The notes under the pieces were generated by a model. It searched no databases and was not told the DNA's origin. It saw only the letters and a list, made by a program, of their open reading frames with translations. A DNA stretch of 64,000 nt from Chlorokybus atmophyticus (Eukaryota; Plantae; Mesostigma and Chlorokybus algae), in contig RHPI01000560.1 of NCBI GenBank assembly GCA_009103225.1, positions 806,460 through 870,459 on the forward strand. The letters run 5' to 3'. The position numbers were made by a program, and so were the translations under genes. How positions within the stretch are numbered: position 1 is the first letter of the stretch; each line of letters starts with the position of its first letter. Shown here in pieces: positions 39,002-55,356 of this stretch.

Positions 39002-39448
39002 ATGTCCCACAACCATGGTATGACATTCCTCCCAACTCATTACCCATGGGTCGTCGCCATGACTTGCCCAAGTCACCTCTCGAGCTCGCCGCGACCTGCC
39101 CGCGGCAGCTGACCCTCGTGCCTGTCCCCAAGAAACCGGACCCTCGTCACTGCGCGCCGACTGCCGACGCGCATCAAATCGCGACCGCTCGACGGTCGTA
39201 GGTTCACGAGTCACCAACACTTCAATGGGTGCGACGCCGCGCAGTCGCTAATTTGCCAACTTTTGCCTTGGATCGAATTTCACGGCAACTAGTAGTTCTA
39301 TCCCCCATGAGATTCGAACCTGTGCCGCTCATCTCCGTTACCACTGTAACATTGGCGCCTTAACTACTAGGCTATGGCAGCAAGAGTCACTGCCATAAGA
39401 GGAGCCATATGCCAGCTCGTGGAGGGTAGGTAGACGGGAACACCTACA
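39002..39448 (-). mobile_element. TRIM family B (LTR, PBS, B-box, internal region, PPT, interrupted 3' LTR)
   Basis: LTR-like 39448-39345 (TGTAG...GTTACA) containing the hairpin and TAGCCTAGTAGTTAAGGC; PBS TGGTAACGGAG at 39343-39333; GGTTCGAATC at 39320-39311; PPT-like GAGTTGGGAGGAA followed by TGTCAT. Only the last ~70 bp of the 5' LTR match the 3' LTR-type sequence. Confidence 0.7.
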
Positions 39449-39924
39449 TCTCATTGCCTCATTGAGAATAAGATGCAAGTGAGTGAGCATCTATTGCTCA
39501 ATTACAACTTGAACTGCTCGAGACGCAACAAACAGCTGCGGTAAATGTTTTTATGCATGCGCAGCAGATAAGACTCCAGCGTTAGCAATTGATGCATGCT
39601 AAAATCCAGCCACTGCCGGGCTGAGCTTACTGCTGTGGGTTCCTTTCTTTTTAACAACCATGCGACGGTCATATGACACGAAACCGCAAGAGTGCGTCTC
39701 AGACACTTACTAAATAGCCCACACCCTCGTCTCATGCGTCTTCATACCCCGCGAGAAAAGCAAGCGGTGTTTGAGAAAAACACAACATTCAGTCATGAAT
39801 CTCAAAGTGACACCATCGCATTACAAACACGTTTGGCTGAGCTAAATCATATCTACTTGTTCACACTTTTGCTGTTCATGGGGCTGTTCGAAACAGTCCC
39901 ACGAGCACAAAACTAAGATATAAG

Positions 39925-41540
39925 GCATGGTCAAATAGAGGCAGCAAGCTTGTTTATAAAGCATGTCTTTCGTTCCCACAGACTACCACGAAGCATTGTG
40001 AGCGATCGTGATCCCTGCTTTACAAGAAAGTTTTGGGAGGCGCTGCACAGTGCACTAGGTACTACCTTACAGTTTAGAACGGCTTTCCACCCACACATTG
40101 ATGGCCAAACATAGCGAGCCAACCGTATAATTGAAGATATGTTGCGCTGCTACGTGAATGCACGCGAAGACAATTGGGTGGAGTTGCTGAAAGTGGCGGA
40201 GTTTGTGCCATCAACAACCACACCAATGCAAGCACGGGTGTCACCCCCTTTCTCATCAACTACGGCCAACACCCGCTTACACCGCTGACGACGTGAACAT
40301 CGCGACGAAGTGACATTGATATGGAAGCAGTAAGCGATTTTGCAACGTGTGCGGACATCAACAAGGCAGAGAGGCGCTATTGGTGGCACAAAATAGGCAG
40401 AAACGGTACGCAGATGCGCATCGCCGATATGTCACATTTCGAGAAGACGACATGGTATTGCTTTCTGCTGATCCTGGCTGGAATTTGCAAGTTGAGTGAG
40501 CGCTGGCTTGGGCCATTTTTAGTGGTTTCGGACGTGGCGTACAAGTTGCAACTGCCCGACTCTATGCACATCCACCCTGTCTTTCACATATCCCTGTTGA
40601 AATCATATCGAGGAGAGCCACCATCGCGTCCACCGCTTGATTTGGCTACGGAAGGTCATATGAAATACGAAGTGAAGGACAGATTGGGTGAAAAGATGGT
40701 GCGCAACGTGCGCAAATATCTGATGAAGTGAAAAGGCTACCTAATGCATGAAGCCACTTGAGAACCGGAGGAGCATTTGGCAAATGCACAACATATCCTG
40801 CAACAGTATTTGCAACGACGACCAAAGAAACTTCGAGAGCATTGAAGACAAAGCTCACTTAGGGGGGTAGGAGTGTAACAGTCGAGGCCAAGTTTCATGA
40901 TTTTAAGACCTTTTTCGGCCCAGTCTTCGAGCACCACGTTTCATGACTTGTGGCAGACATCGGCGAGTTATGAGGCTGCCGCGGATATCGATCGGGGCCA
41001 CAGGACCAGTTCGGAAGGTGCCAGAAAACGGAGGGCCAGTCGAGAAGGGCTCGACCAGATTTTCGGAAGAGCCTGGCGCCAAGTAGTATAACTTGACCAT
41101 ATGAGCACCTAATCAGGAGATCTTTGGTGCATAAGAAAGGATCTAAAAGTATACTACAAGGTTATGCAATAACATCTTAGCATCTAGTTTTGTGTAGCAC
41201 GGAAATCGTCTAAACAGTAGTATGTGCCTGGTAGGTATAAAAGCGACATTTTACAATGTGCAATACAACCTTTAGCTCCCTAGTTTCTGGTGTGCAAGCT
41301 TGGTGGTGGTTAGCAGGGGTTGCTAGCGTGTGTCCACTGGTGTGTGCTTGCTTGTATGAGGATCCAAGGCGCTACACAAGTCGGTGTGTAGCTTCGAGCG
41401 CGTGCGCGTGCGTATGCGAGTGGCGGGGCGCGCATGTGTGCTTGGCAGAGGGGGCAAGGTTCCGGTGTGACTACTGTGCCTTAGTGAGAGGGTTGTTGAT
41501 TGGACCAACTCACAGGTAACAAGGCACGAGCATTGTCACA
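39925..41540 (+). mobile_element. 3' half of a family-1 chromovirus: degenerate integrase, chromodomain, PPT and 3' LTR (40874-41540)
   Basis: LPRSIVSDRDPCFT..FW...[48 protein letters not shown]; PPT TAGGGGGGTAGGAG at 40860-40873. Confidence 0.92.
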
Positions 41541-42334
41541 GCAGCAATGCACAATGCGTGGGCAAGTTGTTTAACAATATGCAAGATTGCAACATCGTTC
41601 ACTGTATTCTTATGTATGGTTGTGCAACGAGGGGTGCTTAGGACTCTTCTCAGAGACAAGTACTATTGGGGTACGTCATGTATATCCACGTGGTGGCTGA
41701 TGCTAGCGTTGTTATTAGTATATGCACAAAAAATGCACGCATGTGCATACGCCCGCGCGTTGACAACCAAGGTGTGCATGTACCACATGTTGCGAAGTGT
41801 TTCCATGCATGGCATATTTGGCTTAGACTCTACCTGCTTCACCTACTACTAGTAGGTGAAGCAACGTTGAGTGATAGTATCACTCAGCGTTGGCTACACA
41901 ACTGTACATTCCTGATGTGAAGTGACCCTTTTTGCACTGTTCAGCATCTATTCTCTAACTACGCATGCCACCTGCCTACAGATAGTACTCTGGTTTCATT
42001 CAAGCTACTGCGCATGGCAGGCCTTTAACAAAGTAACGATAGTCAGCAACCTAATTTAACAACCGCAAAATCACACCCAATGCAGGAACCACTTACTGGT
42101 TGTCAGCGAGAAGAACACGGGTGCGTAGTGTTTGAGCCTGCGGTCATACTCAATGTACAAGATGAGCTACTTGCCAACGTCGTTAAACAGGAGGCTGTTG
42201 CGGAGGGGGTTGAACATAAACACTTTGGGACCGGCACTGCCCCGAACACAAAATAGTGCATAAGGGCTTTGTTGGTTTAATGACATAACAATACCCACAC
42301 ACGAGGCACGGAGGGAGCCCAACTGGACATGCCA

Positions 42335-42355
42335 GCGAGAGCGAGAGCGCGAGAG

Positions 42356-42431
<76 letters not shown>
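42335..42431. repeat. (GA)n microsatellite ending at an N
   Basis: Direct reading. Confidence 0.9.
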
Positions 42432-44866
42432 NTTGACGAGTCTGGCGATGTTGAACTTTTTGCACTGTCCCGGCGCGAACCACTCCTCCATTGGGGCAGA
42501 CTGGTCCAACTTGCACTCGGTCAGCTGTCAACTTGCCATGCCTTATCGTCATCATATACCGGAGTCGAGCATGAATACAACAGTACGCCCGTCGTCGTCG
42601 CGTACGGGTGGTGGATTACACGCACTGCAAAGAGGACGTTTGAGTGAGCGATGCGATTAACATTGTTGAACTGAACGAGTTAACAGGCCAGCTTGTATTT
42701 GGTTGTGAGGCATATGCGTAACTGAGCAACTCATGAGTCAGCGTGTGACTCGCATACGTGTGCATGATACCTAACGCTGCAGCTCTATGCAACAATGTAG
42801 ACATAAGCGTTGTAGCTTATGAATGTAAACTCTGTGAATGATAGTACTGCTTGCGTGCGCGTGCAACTCACTCAAGCTTCGGAATTTGTTGAGGGCGGGC
42901 CTTAGTGCCGCAAGGAAGGGTGCAGGTGTGCGTGTGCAGGTGAAGTCCTCCCCTCCGCAGGTGATGATGTACGCCGCTCTGCGCGGCTTGTTGACCGCGA
43001 TGCAGTCGTCCACCACCCACACGACGCTGTCCCCATACACCGCCGGGCGCTCGTGCGCTATCGCTGCGGCGCTGTTCGTCGCAGACCTCCAACTTGTTGT
43101 CCACGTGCCTGCACAGAGTGTGTGTTAGCGTGGGTGTGCAAGTGCGAGTGCACGTGCATGTTTGTGCGGGTGCACGAGAGTGAGCGTGCACACAGGAGAC
43201 TGGTCTTAAGCGTCCACATGCAGTGATGTGACACCAGATCACACGCATGGGTGTGCGCAGGCACGCACGGACACGCGCAGGCAGGTGCGTACTAGCGGGT
43301 TGTTGTTGCTGTTGTGCAGTTGGTGGTAGCTGGATTGCTTGCGGGGCGCACGCACGGCCTTGCATGGCTGCTGCTGCAGCGTGGAAAAGTCGGCGTCGCA
43401 GCGGAAGGGACTTGCGTTGTGCGCAGCCGTTGACAATCACGTACTCCTAGCCGGTGCCATAGACGTAGTCGGCGGTCGGGGTAGAAGCCAGCGGCGACCT
43501 GACAAAGAAGGAGGACTTCCCGCCCTGGAGTGTGGGCACGCAGTCTGCTTCCAGCTCGCCGGTGTCGGCGGACAGCGTGCACGCGAACTCGCCGTACCCG
43601 TACGGATCCTTCTCCCCTTTTTTAGTGCAGTCCGCGACCAGGTACAGCCGCCCCTATGCCAGAGATGTCGTGCCGTTCATTTTCAGGGAGGTCACGATGC
43701 CAGGGTCTGCGCAACGCACGCACGCACGCACGCACGCAGCATCGGGGGAGTCAAGGCAAACACACGCACAGCTAGACTTGGAAGAATGTGAGTCATAAAG
43801 ACTCACTTCTGGATTCTAGGGCCTCGGCGATGTTGGCTGGCGATGGGACGCTCTTGCAGTTGCTGACATCGGTGATGGGGCAGCGCATGAGTTGTAAGTA
43901 TGTGCATGGCGGGTAGTCGCACGCGTCATCTTCCAAGTCCAAATCGACAGTGAGGAACACGTAATCCCCGAGCGCCTGAAAGCCGAAGCCGTTGGTGATC
44001 AGGTGTCCATCGATGTGGGCGAGACCATGGTTGACGCAGTTGCTGCCATCAGCATCGCACTACAGAATCCCAAACGTGTTGCCGATAATGTCACCGATCT
44101 TGGAGAACTCTTTGCCGTTGGCTGTGAAGACGGGAGCTGAGCAGGTGGGACAGCAGTGTGGGTGTGGGTGTGCGCGCACTTGTGCGCATGCGTGCATACA
44201 TGCTTATGTGTGTGAGAGAGACAGAGAAAGACAGTACTTATGGGGTCGTTGAATGAGATGAAGTCCTGTGCGAAAAGGCGGTTTTTTACTACGGTTGGGG
44301 GATTGCTGGCACTGTTGCAACCTGTGGCGAATTACAGTGTCAGTGTTGATCTATCGAAGGCCTACACAGTGTGGCGACCATAATCTGTCAACCATGCGGG
44401 TTTCAAACACAACAACAACAACAACAACAACAACGGAATTCACCTTGCATAAGCACGCTGACACTGTGTTGGAAACATGTGTGCACATGACAGCCACACA
44501 ACCCCAGCAGCGCAGTTGGCAGTTGCAGAGCGGCTGTGTGCCACTCTGCTTCAGTGAATGTGCCTGGCGCATTTGGTGTTGCAGGCAACACCGCGGCACG
44601 TATGCACGCACGCAGACACATGTACAGACAAAACCACAGCCACACTGCATCCTTGCACTCACAGAGAGCTACATACGCTTATGCTGCCCCGTCCTCTCTT
44701 AATAGCCCCNNNAATGTGTCATGTCATTTCTCTCTGTACACTGTGCCTCACCGAACAAGCTGATGTCCAAGGGTGCGTCGGGGTCCCTGGCACCCGCATC
44801 TGCCGGACTCAGCCACAGCGGCAACGACAACGCCAGCAACTACAGAAACATACAACACCGCCCCAT
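42430..44866 (-). pseudogene. Secreted Cys-containing protein gene of unknown family with four in-frame TAG codons
   Basis: Signal-peptide exon 44866-44752, exon 44136-43807 and exon from 43706 splice in phase; TAG at 44842, 44062, 43656 and 43449; further exon-like blocks near 43090-42870 and 42540-42430. Confidence 0.6.
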
Positions 44867-45029
44867 ACTTGCTAGTGGACACCCCCAACCCCAACAACAC
44901 CAGCCACAACCACACGAACGACAGCAGCGGCGGAATGTTGCAACCCGAGTGAGACGAAGACACACGTTCTACCTCCTCCCAATTCCACCATAGACATGCT
45001 TCAAAAAATGAGCCGCTGGATAAGCCAAT

Positions 45030-45440
45030 GGGATTGAACATATGGGAAGACAAGCAGATAACTCAGTTTTTGCAAACAGGCATATATGCGGACGGAATCC
45101 GCTATAGAGATAACGATCGCATCAAGCACAACTCGCAAGTATGTGTAGTCAGAAGGGGCCTTATGAGTAAAAGCCATTGCGATGGAGCCTCTATAAGTTT
45201 AAGCACCAGTCAAACGAGCGGCCATGATCTCGACTTTGCATAAGGAGCTGGGACATTTAGGGGTGAAATGCACACTCAGCTTGGTACAAGGCACTTATTG
45301 GTGGAGAGGCATGACCGCACAGTGCAGGAGGTAGTGGCCAACTTCACCACCTGTGATTGCATTAAAGTCAACTTTACAATACGCAGCATGGAGCTGCACC
45401 CCAATGCCCACTTAAGGACTGTTCTCTTAGTGGAGAAACT
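45030..45440 (+). mobile_element. Ty3/Gypsy integrase zinc-binding (H2C2) fragment
   Basis: IWEDKQITQFLQ..., LHKELGHLGVKCTLSLVQGTYWWRGM..VQEVV...TCDCIK, with frameshifts. Confidence 0.75.
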
Positions 45441-46952
45441 CCTTATTCTGATTGTAGTTGAGCACTTATTCAGATGGATCGAGCTGACCACGTATGATGT
45501 GTCATGAGTGGCAATGTTAGCCTTATATAAACCGCATGCCATTACGGTATAAATAGCACTGTGATATGAAGTTCATGCTAAACATGACATATTATATCAT
45601 ATACAATATATATTAAATACTTTATGGTATGCATTAAATGTAATTGATATTTTTTTTATCGTATTTGCCCGGTCAGTGNNNNNNNNNNNNNNNNNNNCCG
45701 TCTTTAACACTAAAGATCTCCCCTGTTGCAATTTTATCACTAAGTTGCATTATAAGTGAGTTCATGCTTTTCAAAAAGAAGAGTGGGTGGCTTTGCAAAA
45801 CAGCAATGGGGCTTCAATCGGGTAAATAGAATACACCGTGATGTGCTTATGCACACATGCTTTATGATGTTGACAGTATTAATTGTAAAAAGGCAACTTG
45901 AAGGCCTGGTTGAGCTCGAGATTCATTAATACTACAACATATAAAATACAACTGTTGCAATTGATTCTGCATTTAAGCTGGTAGAATAGCCTATGCTTGT
46001 AAGGGAAAGAAGCGATGGAAGCTCTGCTTGCATGGCGCGTGTATGTATATGCTACTTGATTAATACCGCTTACTTAGCAGAGTTCTTAAACGTTTTCATT
46101 AAACATTATTCATGCATTTCATCATTCCAATCTGCATTATGCTAATGGATACACCTATGTGCATCACAATATTACACGTATCGCGGCTGGTGTATGCAGT
46201 GCTTGACCAATCACACCTGCCAACATGAATACTGTTACTGAACACACTTTGCCGTATAGACTACAGGGGCATGTATAAAGTGCGAATTCTTCTTAGCGCC
46301 ACGCTTGCGACTAAGTAGGTTGTCACGCACGTCATGCGTTACGTTATTTAAGCATCATGAAAGAATTCAGCGCACGCGCCGCCTGCTTCTGTTCCGTGCT
46401 GCTTTATCGGCAGGAGCTGCTGCACAGTGGTGCTATGATTGTAACCTACACGGTATAGGCTATACCATTGGCGTGCTGTTGTTAATGATGCGGACCATTT
46501 GTATAAGTCAGTAGCACCACTTGTGGCAGTGCATGCTTATCACGCTGGTGGGAGAAAGCGTCTTCAAACCCAACAACCATCAGCATAGCAGGCTCATGAA
46601 ATAGAATGTGAGTATCGGCCTATAGTATAACGGTACTGGCAGTCCGACATGCATGCGTGACAAGACATACCGGTTCTGCATGTCACTTTCTTTCTAACAA
46701 AGCAATCGCTTGTCAAGAGATAGAAAGATTAAGATTCAAGCAAGGATCCGCCCACTTCAGCCTTAGTCGCTTCTGCAGCGGCAGGCCATCACCATCGCCG
46801 TTACGTGCATGCATCTTTCTGTGCGCGTGCACTGGCGAGTGTGTGTGTGTGCGCTCTCTTGACTAGACGCCGTAGCATGTAAGTTCAAGCTTAAGCTTTC
46901 TTCACTGCAAGCGTCAGGGTTTGCTGTTTGATTTCTGAGCAGTGCCGGAGTG

Positions 46953-49989
<3,037 letters not shown>

Positions 49990-51479
49990 TAAGCTTCATC
50001 GGTTTGCACTCAACACTAACAGTACTGGTGTTGTGCGCCTTCTCTCAACGGAGTTTTGTTAGCTGCACCATGATCAGGTTGGAGGCAACGTAGGCTGATG
50101 TTACCGCTAGTGCACTTGCTTTCACGCTTGGCAGTAGCTTGCTAGCTTCAAGCATGTACTTTCAGATCTCATACACGGTGTACATAGCATCATAACTCAA
50201 TCATTCTTGCACACGTTATTGGAATACGTATCAAGAACCACATTATGTCTTAGTTGTATAGTTTGAGAGATCTTGATATCCCACACGCAAGAAACAATGA
50301 ACCACTGTAGGACCACAGGGTTAGCTAGGTCATTGGTCAGTAAGGTTGAAAGTCACAATAAGATAGATGAACTTCAGGTTCTCACAGGATTAGGCAAGTC
50401 GTTCCTACACAGCAACATAAACAAGCACAGCGCAAGGAGCACGCACACACACACGCACACACACACACACACACACACCGGCACTGTCAGTTTCTAAAAC
50501 AGCAACATACAAACACTCGCAAACACAGCTTGAGCAGCACACAATGCGACGCACGCATACATGCTTTTGTCCACCAGCAAAACATGCAACGAACCAACAC
50601 TGCACACATGCAAGCAGACAGCTCGCACAGCACCTGCACGAAGCGTCCAATCACGGCTTTTTATGCACGCGCGTGTGTATGCATCAATCTTTAGTCTACA
50701 ATGCACATGCAAGGGATTGCATGGGTGTGCTTGAACACGCGCGCGCACGCCTGCACACCTCAACAAAATACACGCGCAGCGCATGCAGCAGCAACATGAG
50801 GCACAACGACATCAGAACCAACATGCACATAAGGCATAGTGATGCACATCATACATCAAAATTTGTCGTGTCGTACACAAGTGAACATGTGTATATAAAG
50901 TGCGATTGAGTACACACAGATATGTGACAAAATGTTTTTGCTTTCCATGCGCTTTGACTTCCGCTTCATGATCCATTGGCAGCGACTTGTACTTGCACTT
51001 CAACACGTGACTCTTCAATTCTTCATCTGAATGACTCGCACGCCTGTTCAAGATTACAACATATAAAAAAATTGCAGAGACATTCTTGACGCAAACCTGC
51101 ACATTGTAATACGCACGATAAAATAAATAAAATAGCAAATGACATCAGGAGACCTGTGCACCTGAACTTGGGTGAGTGGGAAGAGGGTGGAGTGTTAGAT
51201 AGACTCCTACTTGCGGCAAGTGCGAAGGGAGCAGGGCAAGTGAACCAGCCCAATTACCCTAAGCTCAGCTGCATAAAAACCCCGCACCTTATTCCCTCAG
51301 GCTGGCCTGAAATGACCTGTGTGCTGTGGGGCAGCTCAGGGTGGAAANGGGGGGGGGATCAATTGTACTATATGGGACAACAATACGCGGGTCCATACAT
51401 GACTGCACTGCTGTAACAGCTACATCAATCAAGCCAACAACGCCAAGTCTGCCACCGTAAGTCCAGCAATTTCTGTCAA

Positions 51480-52130
51480 TGAAGTGTCTTGTGCCGGCCG
51501 TTTGTCACGAGATGGCGCTGATCTCATTGCTGCTAGTGCCATGATCGCTGCAGCATGCGACCGATGAAACACTATCGAGATGCGCTGCCGAAACTATGTC
51601 ACCAAGCGGGATATGAACCGTGACTCCAGCTCTCTTATATCAATCACACGGCGTGCACACATGGCTAACAGATCAACCGCTGGGGTCCCCATCCAACCAT
51701 AGGTGTCAATCGCTAAGGGTATCAAAGTGTTAGCTGCTGCATGGTCGCCATACTTCGCCCTCTTCACTCTCTCTGCTGCCAGCACACCTGCTCTTGGCCT
51801 GGCGCGAGGCTCCGTAATGATAACATCCAATAGCAGACGCTGATTGCAGCCCGGCTCACACGTGACAATGTCCATGCGTCGCCCCTGCTGCTCATGCGCA
51901 CGCATAGGCAGCACACCAAGAACCTCGCAACGCATCACGAACCTCGCCTCCCTCATGATGGCGGCGAATCCATCACACACAGAATCGTGAGTGGCAATGA
52001 GGTGTCCATTTCGCATGCACATCGAGAGATGCGTGTGGGAAATGAACAGCCGAGGCCTGCCCCGCACTGCCGCTCTCCCTAAAAACAAGTCCAACCATCA
52101 ACAGCTCATCATAAATCTCGCATGTTGCTG
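51480..52130 (-). mobile_element. 3' fragment of a restriction-like-endonuclease non-LTR retrotransposon (CRE/NeSL-like)
   Basis: H..MC..G...ATHDSVCD, E....., RRMDIV, LLDVIITEP, AAERVKRAKY, PLAIDTYGWMG and QRISIVFHR match the RLE pattern D..E..K..KY..P.A.ET.G. Confidence 0.8.
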
Positions 52131-52279
52131 CTGCGAGTTAGATAAAAGGGAGGGGGCGGACGCCGGAGAGGATTAGGGTCGCCCTTAGCTGTCGCCTCAC
52201 AATAGCGTGGATAATTTTAACGTATTTTGAATTGAATATTGTGTCAATAATGACACAATTTGAACTAACTCGTTATTTT

Positions 52280-52405
52280 TGGCACAAATCACTAAAACTA
52301 TTCTTAATCCGAGCTTGTGTTAGTGTTGGCACGAGCTGTCACGCTCATGGCATTGCTGCCACAACGGTTGTGCCAGCATATATCGATAATTCATGGAGCA
52401 GTAAC
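52280..52405 (+). repeat. Dispersed TGGCACA-rich repeat (copy 2)
   Basis: Homologous to 8120-8245. Confidence 0.65.
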
Positions 52406-54213
52406 TTACAATGACACAGTGACTCTATGTGATGCTAGTATTATCCTAAGTCTTTTACAAATTGCTGGTATTAGCACACAATTTGTGCCGGCAATGGCAT
52501 ACGGCGCTGAACCCATGTGCCACACAAATGAAAACATTAACAAATGCATCCGAGGCTATGACAAACCCATCCATTGGTTACACGTTTATTAATTGTTATG
52601 ACTTAGCGCTACATTATTATAGTGATTGAGTTGTGAAAGGCCTTTGGCTTGATTGTGAGGGGAAGAAAGTAAGGGAAGCAATCTTCTATATTGGCGTGTG
52701 CATGTGTGTGTAAGAAAAGCGTGCGATGGTGTCTATTGAACATGCCTTCATGGTGTGCCTTCAAGCTGAAATCTTAACTTAAACACATTTGTGCCTCGTA
52801 TCAAATATATAAGAGGCGAATACATATGTGTATGCATACGATGTTTGTGTGCAGATACCTACGTTTATTAATATATGTATGTGCACCACATGATTGGTGA
52901 TGATTAATTACACTTATTTATGCATGCACCTTTTCAACATTTACACCAGCATGTATGCTATTCGTAAACGCATTCAGCCGGCGACCGACGTCGTCACGCG
53001 CGTCATACAAGGGGGCTAACCAGCATGTCATGCGTCACGTCAGCCGAGCAGCACGGCGCAAAAGCAGCTTCCGTGCTGCGTTATTTATTGGGTCAGGAGG
53101 TGCTGCAATGCACTCAATGGTGCACCGACTTTGTTGCATGCAACTAATAAAATTGCCCATTGGTCTGCTTCCGATACGGACGGATATGGAGCCATTGCAC
53201 AGGTTAGCGCATTGCTTGTTGCAACATGCACTGAGCATGCCTGTCACAGACGGTCTCGCCGGTAGGAGAGCGTTCCCCGTGCTCATAATCCAGCGGCTTT
53301 GATAACCATTAGCATAGAAAGGCCAATGCATAACACGTGAGTATAGGCCTAGCCTGGCAGTCCGACATGGATGCATGCATGACAAGAGTGCATACTGCAT
53401 GTCACTACCTCAAGCTGCTGACACAGCAGCATGTTTCGGCATATGCCCTGTCTCGTTGCGGTTTGTAAGTGTGGAGTATTTACGATAGTACCGCTTGTGA
53501 TGCGATAGCTCCAGCATTTGTACAATCAGTCACAAGAGCGGCAGCCATCACCATCGCCGGTACGTGCATTGCTTTGTGTGCGGGAGTGCACTGGCGTGTG
53601 TGTATGCTTTCTAGCATAGCTGTTGAACACTGAGCTAGCGCTGGCCAACTACAGCATACACATGCACCAGAACATACACACAAGGCGTGCACACAAGGCT
53701 TGCAAAGGGGTTTTACCCGAACCAACAACTTGTTAATTCTGTTGGCCTTTATACCAGCCAGACTACACATGTCTACTTTAGCAGGCACCGCGTGAGCTAT
53801 ACTTGGCTGATTGCCAATATGTAAGCTTAATTCTCTAGCTTACACTCAAAGCTTCCAACAAGCTAAGCCACGCCTCCCAAGGCTAAGTATACGCGAAGTT
53901 CTCGCCGTTCTCCCAAGGCGTTGGCTGCGTCAGGCTGCGCCAGCCTCATGAGCAAGTCCGGAGTCTCCTACTTGGTCATACTCCGCGTAGTGGACTCGAT
54001 ATCTGCTACAGACTCATGGCTGATCGATAACAGCTCATACTAGTAGCAGTATCTCTAAGGCTCATGCCTTAGCCAATTCACAAGATGACTGGACTGAGCA
54101 GTGTGCAAGACATGCTCATGCTAACAATAGCAACGCCGTAGTAAGTAAGCTTTGTTTGCACTGCACGGCACGCGTGAGCGTTTTGTTGACTGGTTTTGAG
54201 CAATGCTGGAGAG

Positions 54214-55356
54214 ATGGCTTCATCTGGAGAGAAGCTTACCCTGTCTCTGCTGCTGGTTGTGGTGCTGATCGGGCACGGCTGCTTACATGTGGGCGCCATC
54301 ACTATCAACGACTTGTACCCCTTTGGCGCCGACAATGGCGACAATTTCTTCAACAGGTACGCTTGCCATGGCATGCCCGAACAGCAATGTGTGTGCGCAT
54401 CCCATCATACGTGTGCACAGAGCTGTGCCACACGCATTGCCAAACCCCAAGCTGCTACTCATTCAGCTGTTATTGCAGGGGTGATGACATATCTTCGGGT
54501 CTCATCTTGCTGCCTTGTCCTGTGCCCGTGTTCGGTGTCGCCGGCTTGAGCGAGGCGTACGTCCAACAAAATGGTAAGCGAGTCAGTAAGTAAATGCTGG
54601 TGAACCTGAATGCGAAAGTCAAAGGTGCATTGCATAGCTTAAGGTGCATTACGCCGTTGCAATGCAGGCGCAGTGCATTTTCCAAGGCCAGCATGGACTA
54701 CCTCCCCCACCCAATACGTTTTTTTCATTTGCGGGGATGAATACAGCATGGTCGCGGCGTACTGGACGGACCTCACCGCCACCTGCCAAACTTGCAAAGG
54801 CATCGCCTACCGCGCGGTCGAGGATGCTGACCTCCTCGCCGACATCACCAGCGACATACGCGCTGCCTTCCCGAGTGAGGCACCTGCAACCGGCTTCAAT
54901 GCCGAGTCGGCGCTCATCGCAACATGGATCAAGCGTGCATGTGCGTGTGCGTGCCATTGGCCATTAAGAGTTGCGTGCTGCACAGATGTTAACTTGTTAT
55001 TATCTTCTAATCAGGTGACCCTTTACAAGATGAGATCTGATCCGGATGCAACGATCCCCACATTTGAAGTGGTGATTGCTTTTTACAAGCGCATGGTCCT
55101 TGTGGGCTTATTCTTCCCCGACCTAACCTACGGGAGCCCCTGGCGGTTAGCAACAACTTCCCTAAGTACTGTGACATGACTCTGCTAAGTGCGCACTATG
55201 TCTACATGTAATGTGTCATGTCAATATGCAACACTTGGCACGTGTAGCCTCGGCACAAAGGGGTTTCAACCTCGGTGATGGCGTGCGCTCCTTTCGGCTG
55301 CCGTACCTGCCGTACGACGAGGGCAATAAGGACGACGCTGACGACCACCCCTTGGC
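54214..55356 (+). pseudogene. Second NIDO-domain paralogue, truncated and abutting a TRIM insertion
   Basis: Signal peptide, DLYPFGADNGD, DEYSMVAAYWTDL, ITSDIRAAFP, GFNLGDGVRSFRLP; its upstream region (about 53020-53650) is also homologous to about 46330-46870. Confidence 0.78.

Noticed and set aside
39290-39385. A functional tRNA gene (A and B boxes present)
   Set aside because: The acceptor, anticodon and T stems do not pair; the sequence is embedded in an LTR/PBS context and is better explained as TRIM-B.
52165-52180. GAGGATTAGGGT matching the telomere junction
   Set aside because: A 12-bp match with one telomeric unit only; not enough to infer a seed or interstitial telomere.
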